From the IMG/VR virus record IMGVR_UViG_3300010885_043927: a stretch of 64,000 bases of DNA. One strand, 5' to 3'. The stretch comes from an uncultured virus (IMG/VR IMGVR_UViG_3300010885_043927). Lineage: Duplodnaviria > Heunggongvirae > Uroviricota > Caudoviricetes. The position numbers and the translations under genes were made by a program. The notes under the pieces are model-generated. The model saw nothing but the letters and a program-made list of their open reading frames with translations. It had not been told where the DNA came from and made no database searches. Shown piece by piece: positions 39,767 through 49,779 of the stretch (position 1 is its first letter; each line of letters opens with the position of its first letter).

Positions 39767-40269
39767 ATGTACTATAGTTTGAAGCAATTTTTTAAGAGAA
39801 TTTATAACCTCTACAGATGGTTTCCAATCATATGGAAAGACCAAGACTGGGACCAGCACTACATCTATGAGATTTTTAAATTCAAATTAAAGAATCAAGC
39901 TGAACATATAGGAGGCAATAATCGTCATCTAATGCAAAACGAGATGCTGAGATTATGCTTTTATGTTGTAGGTTAATGGATAAAGTTAACAACGAAGATT
40001 ATATTAATGAATCCCATGAATGTCAGCAAGCTGAGTTTAATGTAGAGGATAATGGGTACTTAAAGGTAAAAGTTTTACATGAAGACTATACAGAGTTTTT
40101 TAAGAAATATAGAAAATCTCGTAAGCAAGTTATGTCTATGAAAAAACCTATAGTAAATACTGATACAGATTTCGGAGTAGCTTTATCAATTGGCATTTTA
40201 AATCATAACAGAGCTAAAAAATTACTATTCTCTATATTGGAGAAAAATATTAGTTCATGGTGGGATTAA
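39767..40269 (+). CDS. Hypothetical phage protein; 1-nt deletion near 39931
   Basis: WFPIIWKDQDWD start and SWWD end; two track ORFs join. Confidence 0.7.
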
Positions 40270-40300
40270 GTATATCAATATAAAGTATTAAATATCGAAG

Positions 40301-40331
40301 AAAAGGCCTGCAGTAGCAGGCTTTTTTTTTT
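40301..40331 (+). terminator. Intrinsic terminator
   Basis: GGCCTGC-AGTA-GCAGGCT followed by a long T-run. Confidence 0.88.
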
Positions 40332-40379
40332 ATTTTAGAAAGTTTCTAAGTAACTATTCTATTTATATTCGACCTAACT

Positions 40380-40883
40380 ATGAATATGAAATTATTAGTT
40401 GCTTTTTTATTAAGTATAATACCCCTTTGTTCTATTCAAGCACAAAGTAATCCTAAAAGTCTTTTTATTAACAAGGTGGACAACAAAGTAGTTGTTGGAC
40501 CTTTAGCAGGTAATTTTAAATTAACCTTTGGAGTAAAAAATATATTAGAAGAATTAGTATCTGAAAGTTACTCTTTATCATCTAATAAAGAAGAAGCTGA
40601 CTACTCAATAGAAGTAGAGGTAATCTATTTAGATGTTGAACAAGTTAACTCTAACCTATCAGTATTTCACAAGGACGTAAATTCAGTTATAATAACTTTA
40701 AAAGGGCAATTAGTTCAAAAAGGTAAAGTACTTCGTACTAAGACCGCTACAGAAAAGTCATCAGAAATTTCAATGTCTACTTTATTGATTTCTGAAGCCG
40801 GAGGTTTTAATCAACAATCACTTCGTAATGCTTTAAAAAAGGCATCGGTTTCCTTAGTCACTAAACTACTAGACAAACTATGA
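40380..40883 (+). CDS. Secreted protein resembling the downstream CsgG-like protein
   Basis: Signal peptide; FGVKNILEELV and FNQQSLRNALKKA echo LGVTNIVVEFL and FNQSTIGTTTKKA. Confidence 0.6.
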   Translation: MNMKLLVAFLLSIIPLCSIQAQSNPKSLFINKVDNKVVVGPLAGNFKLTFGVKNILEELVSESYSLSSNKEEADYSIEVEVIYLDVEQVNSNLSVFHKDVNSVIITLKGQLVQKGKVLRTKTATEKSSEISMSTLLISEAGGFNQQSLRNALKKASVSLVTKLLDKL

Positions 40884-42682
40884 AAAAATTTTTAGTCTTA
40901 CTATTAACCTTGGTAAGTTTAACTGCATTTGCTCAAGAACCTAAAATTAGGTTATCTTCTGATTCCACGAAAATTAATGTTGGTGGTACAACTATCATGA
41001 AAGGTGATGAGTTTTTTGTTCCTGTTCAATTAAATGGAAACGGCAATACAACTGCTCGTTCTCTTTATTTTGATTTCGAATTTCAAAATACAGCCTTTGA
41101 TTTTATAAGTGTGGCTCATACTGGCACTGGAGGAAATGGTGGAGTATTGCCAGCAGGATCATAAATTACAATAAGTAATTATACATACCCAGGTTATTCT
41201 TTTGCTGGAAATGCAAATAATACGACAGCAAATGGTAATACTAACTACAACAATGCTGGTTACAATTATACTCAAGGTGGTCCTAAAACTATTATTCGTG
41301 TTTATTTAAACTGGGCTTCTAATTCACCTCTACCTTATAATGCTTATAGTGATGTACTGAGACTCCGCTTTAGATTAAAATCAACAGCAGTAGGTGATAC
41401 ATGGAATCCAATTAAAATGAACTTTGCTGCATCATTTAACCAAAACGGCTCATCAGGTGCTGCAATAAACGAAATTCCATTAACTAACGTAATTACATTA
41501 AATCCATTAGCTAAAAAATTCTTTTATGCTAAATTAGATTTAAATGGAAATATTAATCCAGCTCATGTTAAAGTTGGTTTTTTAAAAGCAGACAATACAG
41601 GTCCATTATTTGATGTTACAGCAGATGGTAAGGTAAATGTTATTGATACTTTGATAACAGCTAATACAGCATATAAGATTATGACATTCATTAATATGGA
41701 TCAATTACCGGGCATAATGAATTCCGCGGTATCAGTATCTGATTATACAACAGCTGATGCTGAATTTATAACTCAAAACTTAGATAAAACATATGGTAAT
41801 CAAAGTATTAAAACTGGTATGGGATATTGGGCAGCTGATGTTAATAGAAGTGACAGTTTTGATGGTGGTGATTTAACTAGATTATATGCACAAGCAGTTG
41901 GTGTAAATCAATTAATTACAATACCTTCTGGATATGTTCAAGGAAGTGGAGGGCATATGAGTGTACCTACATTCAAAGCAGCACATTTTGATGGATTGAC
42001 ACCTTCAAATTGGAAAACTGATGCACCAAAAACATCACAAGCTGTATTTGAATATACATCTCCTGCAACATCAGGAAATCCACTTACTATAGACATTAAA
42101 TATGTTTTACCTGGTGATGTAAATCGTTCACATTCTTCACAAGTAGTTCAGAACGGTAATATACAGACAAATGCTATTCCGTCATTAAAAAGAAGTATAG
42201 CTAATAAATTATATGCTTCCGGTCCTAGTATGAATCGTAGTGAAGCATTTATTAACACACCTCAAAATGTACCTTCAATTAGTGTTAGTTTAAAAAATAC
42301 TACAGTGACATCTAATACTATAGAAATTCCGGTTAATATCGACGGAGCTAATATTTCTGCTTTACAATTTGAATTTAAATACGACTCTTCTAAAATTAAA
42401 TTTGAAAGTATGAAATCTACATTACCTGAAACATGGCAAATTTTTGCTAATAATGTAACAGGTACAATAAAATTTGGTGGAGTAGATAAAGATTTTAAAA
42501 CTCCTATAAAAGGTTCTCTTACTCCTTTTGTTTTAAAGTTCTCTACTATTAACAACGGATTAGATATAAACTCCTTAATAAAAGTGACTCCTGCTATGGA
42601 TGCAGCAGATAATAAAGGTTCTCAATTAGGTATAAATCTAAATACAGATTCAATAAAATTAACTGGATATAACAATTTTTAA
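40880..42682 (+). CDS. Secreted cohesin/dockerin-like surface protein; TAA at 41162
   Basis: Signal peptide; frame stays open across the stop; ADVNRSDSFDGGDL; IPVNI..ISALQFEFKYDSSKIKF. Confidence 0.65.
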
Positions 42683-42684
42683 CT

Positions 42685-43053
42685 ATGAAAAACTTATTAA
42701 TATTAGGAGTACTAGTTTCATCTCTATTTATAATAGGATGCTCAGATGTAGATGTGTTAACAGAGCCAAGTATTAATTTAGGCGCTACTTCTAAATCTAC
42801 AGGTATCATAAGTATAAATTCAGTTGGTGGAAAGGTTACGGTTCAATACGCAGTTACTGCTGGAGCAAAATATTCTGTTCAAGTTTATAAATTTGCTGCT
42901 TCTGAACCAAGTAAGACTTTACCTTTAACTGCTGAAGAACAAATTGTAACAAAGATATACGATTTTACAGATTTGGAAGATGGACTTTACGATCTTACCT
43001 TAACAGACGTATCCGGAGTATCAGTTAAAAAACCATTAGTAATTAAAAGATAA
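42685..43053 (+). CDS. Lipoprotein with T9SS CTD-like domain
   Basis: Lipobox IIGC; DFTDLEDGLYDLTL...KKPLVIKR. Confidence 0.6.
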   Translation: MKNLLILGVLVSSLFIIGCSDVDVLTEPSINLGATSKSTGIISINSVGGKVTVQYAVTAGAKYSVQVYKFAASEPSKTLPLTAEEQIVTKIYDFTDLEDGLYDLTLTDVSGVSVKKPLVIKR

Positions 43054-43057
43054 GATA

Positions 43058-43366
43058 ATGTCAGAAGAAAATAATGATGGAACTTGGTCAGGATTGATCA
43101 AAACAGCAGTAGCTACAGGAGGAACTCTTATAGTAGGTGCTGGTACTTGGTTGGCATCACATATATTCGGTGGTGAAAAAGAAGCAGAATCAGCACAACC
43201 AGCAGCTGTTACTGCTCCTGCCCCGGTAATTAATATTACTACTAATAACTCTCAACAACAAGCAGCCGGTGGCGGAACTAAGGTTATTGAGAGAGTAGTG
43301 GAAAAACCTGCTAAACCTAAAGCAAAGACAGAAAAGGAAGCTTTGAAAGAAGAACCAAAGTGGTAA
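43058..43366 (+). CDS. Single-TM protein
   Basis: Hydrophobic segment followed by an Ala/Pro/Gln linker. Confidence 0.7.
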   Translation: MSEENNDGTWSGLIKTAVATGGTLIVGAGTWLASHIFGGEKEAESAQPAAVTAPAPVINITTNNSQQQAAGGGTKVIERVVEKPAKPKAKTEKEALKEEPKW

Positions 43367-43383
43367 TTAAAAAAGTATAAAAT

Positions 43384-43959
43384 ATGTTACAGTCTAATGC
43401 AACAGGGTTTAAAGACCTGTTAAATCAAATGATGACAAGAAGATGGCTTATTACAGCTATGGTTCTTGGTGGTTTTATGTTTATTATAGGTGGTATCTTT
43501 CTAGCTATAGTTAAAGGTACTACTATAGAAGGTGAATGGAAAGAGTTATTACTACTATTGTTAGGAGCATTTATCGGATCATATGGAAAGATTATTGATT
43601 ACTGGTTCTCTGATACTGAAAAAGATAAAATGTTGGTTCAAAAAATGGATGAGGAAGATGGAATTTCTTTATCTAACACAGCTGGAGGGGATGCCGCTAC
43701 CCCTGCTTCAACTCCGATTATTCCTGAAGCATTTACCAATGCGATTACTGATTCTACAGCTAAGAAGTCAGAGGGAAAGAAAGGTGTGGAGGTTGATGAA
43801 GACGGAGATGGAACTATGGATGGTTTGGATTTTGACGGTGATGGTAAGATAGATGAATACTTTGAACATCGTCAATGTGACCATGTATGGGGTGACTCGG
43901 ACGGGGATGGAGATGAGGAATGTTTAAAATGTGGAAAAATTAAGGATAATATAGATTAA
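43384..43959 (+). CDS. Two-TM protein with DxDGDG loops and a Cys/His cluster
   Basis: DEDGDG, DFDGDG, DSDGDG; CDH...CLKC. Confidence 0.75.
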   Translation: MLQSNATGFKDLLNQMMTRRWLITAMVLGGFMFIIGGIFLAIVKGTTIEGEWKELLLLLLGAFIGSYGKIIDYWFSDTEKDKMLVQKMDEEDGISLSNTAGGDAATPASTPIIPEAFTNAITDSTAKKSEGKKGVEVDEDGDGTMDGLDFDGDGKIDEYFEHRQCDHVWGDSDGDGDEECLKCGKIKDNID

Positions 43960-43966
43960 TAATAAA

Positions 43967-44119
43967 ATGAATAAGTTATATAAAATATTTTCGAATTTGG
44001 TTTTGGCTTGGATCTTTGTTGCTTTAGCATTCCAATCGTATTTTGTATACTTACATTTTACAGACCAAAACTTAAAAGCTAAGCAGATATCGGCCATAAT
44101 CTCTAAACAACCTTGGTAA
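43967..44119 (+). CDS. Small membrane protein (50 aa, absent from the ORF track)
   Basis: MNKLYKIFSNLVLAWIFVALAF...; stop overlaps the next ATG (TAATG). Confidence 0.6.
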   Translation: MNKLYKIFSNLVLAWIFVALAFQSYFVYLHFTDQNLKAKQISAIISKQPW

Positions 44120-44418
44120 TGGAAATTTTAAAAAAATTTATGGATGGTGCTAATTCTTTATTAGCTGATGAAAAAGGAGCTGTATCATCTAAAAGATTTG
44201 TTGGCTTGTTAGCTGCACTTACATTATGTATTACTATGTACTCTAATTCTTTTTCTGAAGCACATATTGCTCCTGCTGACTCTTTAGTTAATGCGGTAGC
44301 ATTATTAGCGTTCGGGGCTTTAGGTTTATCTTCTGTAGATAAATTTACTGGAATGAAAGATAAGGTAGCTAAGGCAACTAAGCCTGTACAAAATGATACT
44401 GATGAATCATATGACTAA
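44119..44418 (+). CDS. Small two-TM membrane protein (holin-like topology)
   Basis: SSKRFVG then two hydrophobic helices. Confidence 0.65.
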   Translation: MEILKKFMDGANSLLADEKGAVSSKRFVGLLAALTLCITMYSNSFSEAHIAPADSLVNAVALLAFGALGLSSVDKFTGMKDKVAKATKPVQNDTDESYD

Positions 44419-45127
44419 AATTTGGTTTTTACTTTTTACTTTACTATCTTTACCGGCAGTAAGTCAGGTAGTTGGTTCAACAAAGACAGAAGCATATCAA
44501 GCTTCCTTTGAAAAAAAAATCAATATCGACTCTCTAATGAATTACGATGGACCAACGATTCCAGTACAGTTACTTCAGTTAGGTATAAACGAAGAAGTTT
44601 ATGCCGCATATCCCGAATTAAAAGACAAAAGAGTAGGATTAGGGGTTACAAATATTGTTGTGGAGTTTTTGGAAGAGACGGGAAGATTTACTTTTACAGA
44701 AGATAAAGCAGAGATCAAAAATCGAATGGTTAAGCAGTTTCAAGCTAGCCAATCAGGTATAACAGAGAATAAATTAGACGGAAGAGGTAAGATAAAACTT
44801 GCTAGATACTTTGTCTATATTGAGGTTTATGATTTTAGCGTCAGTGAAGACGAAACAGTAAATCTCAAAAATGGAGTTAAAAACACTGTAGTAACTAGAA
44901 TGGGCCTACAGGTTAAATTTGTCGATGCAGAAACCGGGGAATACTTTACAGGTTCAGGTTTAGGGGAAGCTAAGACAGTTAGAGAGCTTACTTTAATGAA
45001 TGATGATAACTTTTCAGAAGTTAAATTTAATCAGTCTACTATAGGTACGACTACAAAAAAAGCTTTAGAAATTGCATCATCTAGAATCCTTGTAAGAATG
45101 ATTAAGAAACGTATTTTTAAAAATTAA
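44393..45127 (+). CDS. CsgG/HfaB-like protein
   Basis: Signal peptide; L.ETGRF, VYDFS, LQVKFVDAETGE...G.G pattern. Confidence 0.7.
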   Translation: MILMNHMTKIWFLLFTLLSLPAVSQVVGSTKTEAYQASFEKKINIDSLMNYDGPTIPVQLLQLGINEEVYAAYPELKDKRVGLGVTNIVVEFLEETGRFTFTEDKAEIKNRMVKQFQASQSGITENKLDGRGKIKLARYFVYIEVYDFSVSEDETVNLKNGVKNTVVTRMGLQVKFVDAETGEYFTGSGLGEAKTVRELTLMNDDNFSEVKFNQSTIGTTTKKALEIASSRILVRMIKKRIFKN

Positions 45128-45138
45128 ACAATAATTTT

Positions 45139-45468
45139 ATGTTAACAGTTATAATCGTATTGGCATTAGCAGTTTCGGGATACTTCCTTTATAAGAAGTA
45201 TAAGACATCAACTAACTCAGAAGAGATTCTGGTAAAAGAAGTTTTAAAGAATATTGATTCTAGACCTCCTTTACCGGACGTACCCGCGGAACCTTCATCT
45301 AGTTTAGAAGAGGTAGTAGTACAGGATCCACAACTTACTGTAGTAGGTAGTACTGAGCCAGTAATACCGGAAGAGGTACCAGCAGCTATTACAGAAGCAG
45401 CTGCTGAAGAAGCAAAAGATATGAAGTTACTAAAAAAGAAAAAACGTCGATATTATACTAAAAAGTAA
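45139..45468 (+). CDS. Membrane-anchored acidic protein with basic tail
   Basis: N-terminal TM; Pro/Glu-rich; KKKKRRYYTKK. Confidence 0.7.
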   Translation: MLTVIIVLALAVSGYFLYKKYKTSTNSEEILVKEVLKNIDSRPPLPDVPAEPSSSLEEVVVQDPQLTVVGSTEPVIPEEVPAAITEAAAEEAKDMKLLKKKKRRYYTKK

Positions 45469-46934
45469 TGAAATATGTATTAACGGTTCTGTTAATCATA
45501 TGTACGTTTACCCTTAAATCTCAAGTTTTAACAACTACGATTTTAGACCCTTGTGACGGAAAAATCACAACTGTGACTGTGCCTTTAGTTAATGGTGCAG
45601 TCACCATTGTTTATAGAGGAGCCTATAGAGTAGTAACTGCCGATGATATTACAACAGGAGCATTACAAGCCTGGATAGCAACTATGTCAGTTATAATACC
45701 TTGCCCTCAACAACAGACAGTAGTAACTAATGTTATTAATAATGCTGTAACTGCTGCTGTTAACGCCGCTTCATCTGCTGCTTCTACCGCCGCTACAGCA
45801 GCTGCCTCTTCTGCAGCAACAGCCGCTTCATCTGCAGCTAGCTCAGCTGCCTCAAGTGCATCATCGGCCGCAGCCTCAAGTGCCAGTTCAGCTGCTTCTT
45901 CTAGTGCTAGTTCAGCAGCATCCTCTACAGCTAGTTCAGCAGCAGCTTCTACACCTACTCCTTCCACAACATCTACTCCAGCTCCAGCAGCTAGTTCTAC
46001 TCCTTCTAGTTCATCTAGTAGTGGAGGAAGTAGTAGCTCATCAGGAGGAGGTAGTTCATCTAGCAGTTCTGAGACTAAAACAGAGACTAAGACTGAAACT
46101 AAAACGGAATCTAAATCCGAAAGTAAATCTGAATCGAAAGAAGAAAGTAAGTCTGAATCTAAATCAGAAAGTAAAAAGGAAGAAAAGAAAGAAGAATCTA
46201 AAGAAGAAAAAAAAGAAGAGAAGAAAGAAGAAAAAAAAGAAGAGAAGAAAGAAGAGAAGAAGGAAGAGAAGAAGGGTGAGAAAAAACAAGCAGTAAGACT
46301 TAATCCTATAATGGTATCTTCGGACTTAACTGTAGCTCAGGCCGACAGGAATAAGTTTACTACAATGCTTGCATTAGGTTATTCTAAATCATCTATGACA
46401 GGTCAATCTAGTTGGGGTGTAAGTGCAATAATTTGGTCAGACCTACAGCAATTTGCATTATCAGGTAGAACTACATTGATGAATTTTAAAGATGGTAAAC
46501 TAAAAAGTATAGGTAATTATTCCATTACAGGAGCGTATGTTGCTAATACTAAAATGTTAATAGGAGGTTATACCTATATTAAGCCAACTAAAAAAATAGG
46601 CGTTGTAGGAGCTAACTTTGGACTTATAGGATTAGCCTTACCTGAATCTTATTCTTTTGTAAAATCACTTACTGGCTTCTGGACCAAACCAGTTCAACTT
46701 ACCCCTAGGCATTCTATTTCTCCAGGAGTATTTGTTATGTCTGCTCCTGTATCCTACAGTACTAGTTCCGGTTGGAATCTCTCAGATGCATTTTCGGTAA
46801 TGGGTGGGGTTGGGTATAACTTAAGAATATCTAAAAAGTTCTCTATAGCCTGCGATTATAAATTAAACGTATCTTCTGTTCCAGGTACCCCTGCCTTAAG
46901 TTTCATGCTTATAGGCTCAAAAATAATGCTTTAA
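45468..46934 (+). CDS. Secreted protein with low-complexity stalk and C-terminal beta-barrel-like domain
   Basis: Signal peptide; Ala/Ser, TETK, SESK and EEKK tracts; about 200 aa of amphipathic strands. Confidence 0.7.
   Translation: MKYVLTVLLIICTFTLKSQVLTTTILDPCDGKITTVTVPLVNGAVTIVYRGAYRVVTADDITTGALQAWIATMSVIIPCPQQQTVVTNVINNAVTAAVNAASSAASTAATAAASSAATAASSAASSAASSASSAAASSASSAASSSASSAASSTASSAAASTPTPSTTSTPAPAASSTPSSSSSSGGSSSSSGGGSSSSSSETKTETKTETKTESKSESKSESKEESKSESKSESKKEEKKEESKEEKKEEKKEEKKEEKKEEKKEEKKGEKKQAVRLNPIMVSSDLTVAQADRNKFTTMLALGYSKSSMTGQSSWGVSAIIWSDLQQFALSGRTTLMNFKDGKLKSIGNYSITGAYVANTKMLIGGYTYIKPTKKIGVVGANFGLIGLALPESYSFVKSLTGFWTKPVQLTPRHSISPGVFVMSAPVSYSTSSGWNLSDAFSVMGGVGYNLRISKKFSIACDYKLNVSSVPGTPALSFMLIGSKIML
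45760..46275 (+). repeat. Coding low-complexity tandem repeats
   Basis: ASSA codon repeats and GAAGARAARAAA 12-mers. Confidence 0.85.
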
Positions 46935-46937
46935 AGT

Positions 46938-46967
46938 TTGCTCATAAATTTTTATTAATTACCTTTA
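46938..46967 (+). promoter_or_regulatory. Bacteroidota sigma-A-like promoter
   Basis: TTG-N19-TACCTTTA. Confidence 0.55.
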
Positions 46968-47005
46968 ATGTAATTAAGGTTACGTTATAATAATTTAAAA
47001 TTTAT

Positions 47006-47209
47006 ATGAGCGAAGACTTCAAATACGATTCAGTAGTGTTATCTGTAATTGAGCAGATAAAAGCTAGAGCAAGAAAAGGTAAAGAAAAGTACAACACAGA
47101 TCTAGACAGACAAGATCTATCTACATTAGATTGGATTCAACATGCACAAGAAGAGTTGTTAGACGGAATTCTTTATTTAGAAAAGCTAAAGCAGAGTGCA
47201 AATGAGTAA
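47006..47209 (+). CDS. Small all-alpha protein, MazG-like acidic motif
   Basis: KYNTDLDR...WIQHAQEELLDGILYLEKL. Confidence 0.55.
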   Translation: MSEDFKYDSVVLSVIEQIKARARKGKEKYNTDLDRQDLSTLDWIQHAQEELLDGILYLEKLKQSANE

Positions 47210-48071
47210 ATCTGTATCCTACTCACAATACTCTCTGTTTCGTCAATGCTCCCATCAATGGTATCTTACGTATGTTAAAGGTCTTAGGGAATTCAAACCA
47301 AGTATTCATTTAACTTTTGGAACTAGTTTTCATGAAACACTTCAACATTATCTCCAAGTTATGTTTGAAAAAACAGGAAAGGAGGCAGATGAAATAGAAC
47401 TAGACTCGTACCTTAAGGAAAGGTTAGTAGAAAACTACAAGCAAGCTATAACCAATGGAGTACATTTTTCAACTCCTCAAGAACTATCTGAGTTTCATTC
47501 AGATGGAGTTGCTATACTTTCATTCTTTAAGAAGAATAGAGCTGAGTATTTTAGTAAGAAAAATACTAAGTTAGAAGGTATCGAAATTCCTATTAGTACA
47601 TCTGCTAGTACTGAAATACAGAATATTACCGTCAAAGGTTTTATAGATTTTGTTCTTTATAGTGAACTAGCAGATAGGTATACTATTTACGATATTAAAA
47701 CATCTACAAGAGGATGGGGGGATAAGGAGAAGAAAGATCAAACAAAAATTAATCAAATTCTATTATATAAGAAATACTTCAGCCTTCTAAAGAATGTACC
47801 GGAAGATAAGATTGACGTAGTTTTCTTTATTGTAAAAAGGAAAGTACCGGAGGTTAGCGAATATCCTATTAAACGAATACAGGAATTCAAACCTGCTAAT
47901 GGAACTAAGAAAGTTAAAGACGCTTATGAGGATTTCTCTGAATTTATAAATGAAGTGTTTACTAAAGATGGAGAATATATAGAACAGGAGTACAAAAAGA
48001 ACCCGACTAAGCTTTGTCACTGGTGTCCATTTGATAACAAACCCGACCTTTGTGATAAAAAAATAAATTAA
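47202..48071 (+). CDS. PD-(D/E)XK exonuclease (RecB/Cas4-like)
   Basis: SYSQ...C, GTSFHE, KGFID, YDIKTS, QILLY, CHWCPF...C. Confidence 0.85.
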   Translation: MSKSVSYSQYSLFRQCSHQWYLTYVKGLREFKPSIHLTFGTSFHETLQHYLQVMFEKTGKEADEIELDSYLKERLVENYKQAITNGVHFSTPQELSEFHSDGVAILSFFKKNRAEYFSKKNTKLEGIEIPISTSASTEIQNITVKGFIDFVLYSELADRYTIYDIKTSTRGWGDKEKKDQTKINQILLYKKYFSLLKNVPEDKIDVVFFIVKRKVPEVSEYPIKRIQEFKPANGTKKVKDAYEDFSEFINEVFTKDGEYIEQEYKKNPTKLCHWCPFDNKPDLCDKKIN

Positions 48072-48119
48072 TTGGAGTGTTTAGTATATATTCATATATT
48101 TATTATAAATAAATAAATT

Positions 48120-48320
48120 ATGGCAAATATTAATCAACAGCTAACATCTGTTAAAGTTGACAAAAAGCTATTCGATGAATTCAAAGTATTGTGTGTAAGA
48201 ACTAAGTTTTCGCTACAAAAATTAACCGACAGAGGGTTACATTTATACATCACAGACGAGACATTCAGAGGAATGCTACATAGTCATTTTAACACAGAAT
48301 TTTCAGGAAGTTTAAAATAA
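48120..48320 (+). CDS. Ribbon-helix-helix-like small protein
   Basis: LTSVKVDKKLFDEFK..C....SLQKL. Confidence 0.55.
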   Translation: MANINQQLTSVKVDKKLFDEFKVLCVRTKFSLQKLTDRGLHLYITDETFRGMLHSHFNTEFSGSLK

Positions 48321-48326
48321 GTATTA

Positions 48327-49778
48327 ATGAAAGAAGGTTACATTGTAAAAGAAGAAAGAAAAAAAATTCTTCTGTTATGCGACGATATTAGAATGCATTC
48401 AGGAATAGCTACTATGGCTAGAGAAATAGTAGTAGGTACATCACATAGGTTTAACTGGGTAAATGTAGCTGCAGGTATAGATCACCCTGAGCATGGTAAG
48501 AAGTTAGATTTGAGTGGTGAAACTAACAAGTATAACGGTATAGAAGACGCTAATGTCATTATTTACCCTCATAACGGGTACGGCAGTCCAGAATCTATTA
48601 GACAGCTTATATCGATAGAAAAACCTGACGCTATTATGATCTTCACAGATCCTAGATATTGGATATGGTTATTCCAAATCGAAAATGAAATCAGGAAAAA
48701 AATACCGTTAGTCTATTTAAACATCTGGGATGATTATCCGGCACCACTTTACAATGAGCCTTATTATGAATCTTGTGATGCTCTAATGGCTATATCGAAG
48801 CAGACTTTAAATATTAATAAATTAGTATTAGGTGATAAAGCTAAAGACAAAGTGCTACGTTATGTTCCTCATGGGATAAACGATAAACATTTCTTTCCTA
48901 TAGATTCTTCTATGGAAAAGGAAAACATTGATCTCTCCAAGTTTAGACACCATATATTAGAAGGTAAAAGCTATAATTTCGTACTGCTTTATAATGCTAG
49001 AAATATTAGAAGAAAATGTGTAAGTGATCTAATAGCTGCTTATTCGATTTTCTGCGATAAGATAGGTAAAGAGAAAGCTAGTAAATGTCTTTTATTATTA
49101 CATACTCAAGCTGTAGATGAAAACGGAACTGACCTTCCTGAAGTAATAGATCTCTTATGTGATCCAGAGTACGTAAATGTAAAGATATCAGAACATAGAT
49201 TAGGTATAGAAGAAATTAATTTCCTGTATAATTTATGTGATGTTGTTGCTTTACCTTCTTCTAACGAAGGATGGGGTTTAAGTTTGACTGAAGGTATGAT
49301 GGCGGGTAAACCTATCATAGCTACAGTAACAGGAGGTATGCAAGATCAAATGAGATTTACTAATGAAAAAGGTAATTGGATAGATTTTGATAGTGAATTC
49401 TGTTCTAATCACTTCGGAACTTATACAGATGCAGGTGAATGGGCATTCCCAGTCTTTCCTACTAACACTAGTATTGTCGGTTCTGTTCCTACTCCATATA
49501 TCTTTGACGATAGATCCGATTTTAGAGACATAGCTAAAAAAATTGAGGAAGTTTATATTATTAAAACTCAGGACCCAGATCGTTTAAAGTCAATTGGCGT
49601 AAAAGCTAGAGAATGGGTTACATCTAATGAGTCAATGATGTCTTCTACTAATATGTGTAAAAATGTTATAAGTACTTTAGAAGAGACTTTCACAACTTTT
49701 AAACCTAGAAAAAGATATCAACTTTTAAAAATAGAAGATAAAAAAAGAAGAGCTATAAAGCACAAATTGATATATTAA
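48327..49778 (+). CDS. GT-B (GT4-like) glycosyltransferase
   Basis: VPHGI, RNIRRK, PSSNEGWGLSLTEGM..GKPII. Confidence 0.9.
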   Translation: MKEGYIVKEERKKILLLCDDIRMHSGIATMAREIVVGTSHRFNWVNVAAGIDHPEHGKKLDLSGETNKYNGIEDANVIIYPHNGYGSPESIRQLISIEKPDAIMIFTDPRYWIWLFQIENEIRKKIPLVYLNIWDDYPAPLYNEPYYESCDALMAISKQTLNINKLVLGDKAKDKVLRYVPHGINDKHFFPIDSSMEKENIDLSKFRHHILEGKSYNFVLLYNARNIRRKCVSDLIAAYSIFCDKIGKEKASKCLLLLHTQAVDENGTDLPEVIDLLCDPEYVNVKISEHRLGIEEINFLYNLCDVVALPSSNEGWGLSLTEGMMAGKPIIATVTGGMQDQMRFTNEKGNWIDFDSEFCSNHFGTYTDAGEWAFPVFPTNTSIVGSVPTPYIFDDRSDFRDIAKKIEEVYIIKTQDPDRLKSIGVKAREWVTSNESMMSSTNMCKNVISTLEETFTTFKPRKRYQLLKIEDKKRRAIKHKLIY

Positions 49779-49779
49779 A

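Noticed and set aside
45707..46296. Alternative-frame ORFs, including the poly-basic 45856-46296
   Set aside because: By-products of stop-free low-complexity repeats in the real gene.
46180..48071. CRISPR array with a Cas4-like nuclease
   Set aside because: The repeats are spacer-less coding EEKK units, and the nuclease is a common stand-alone phage type.
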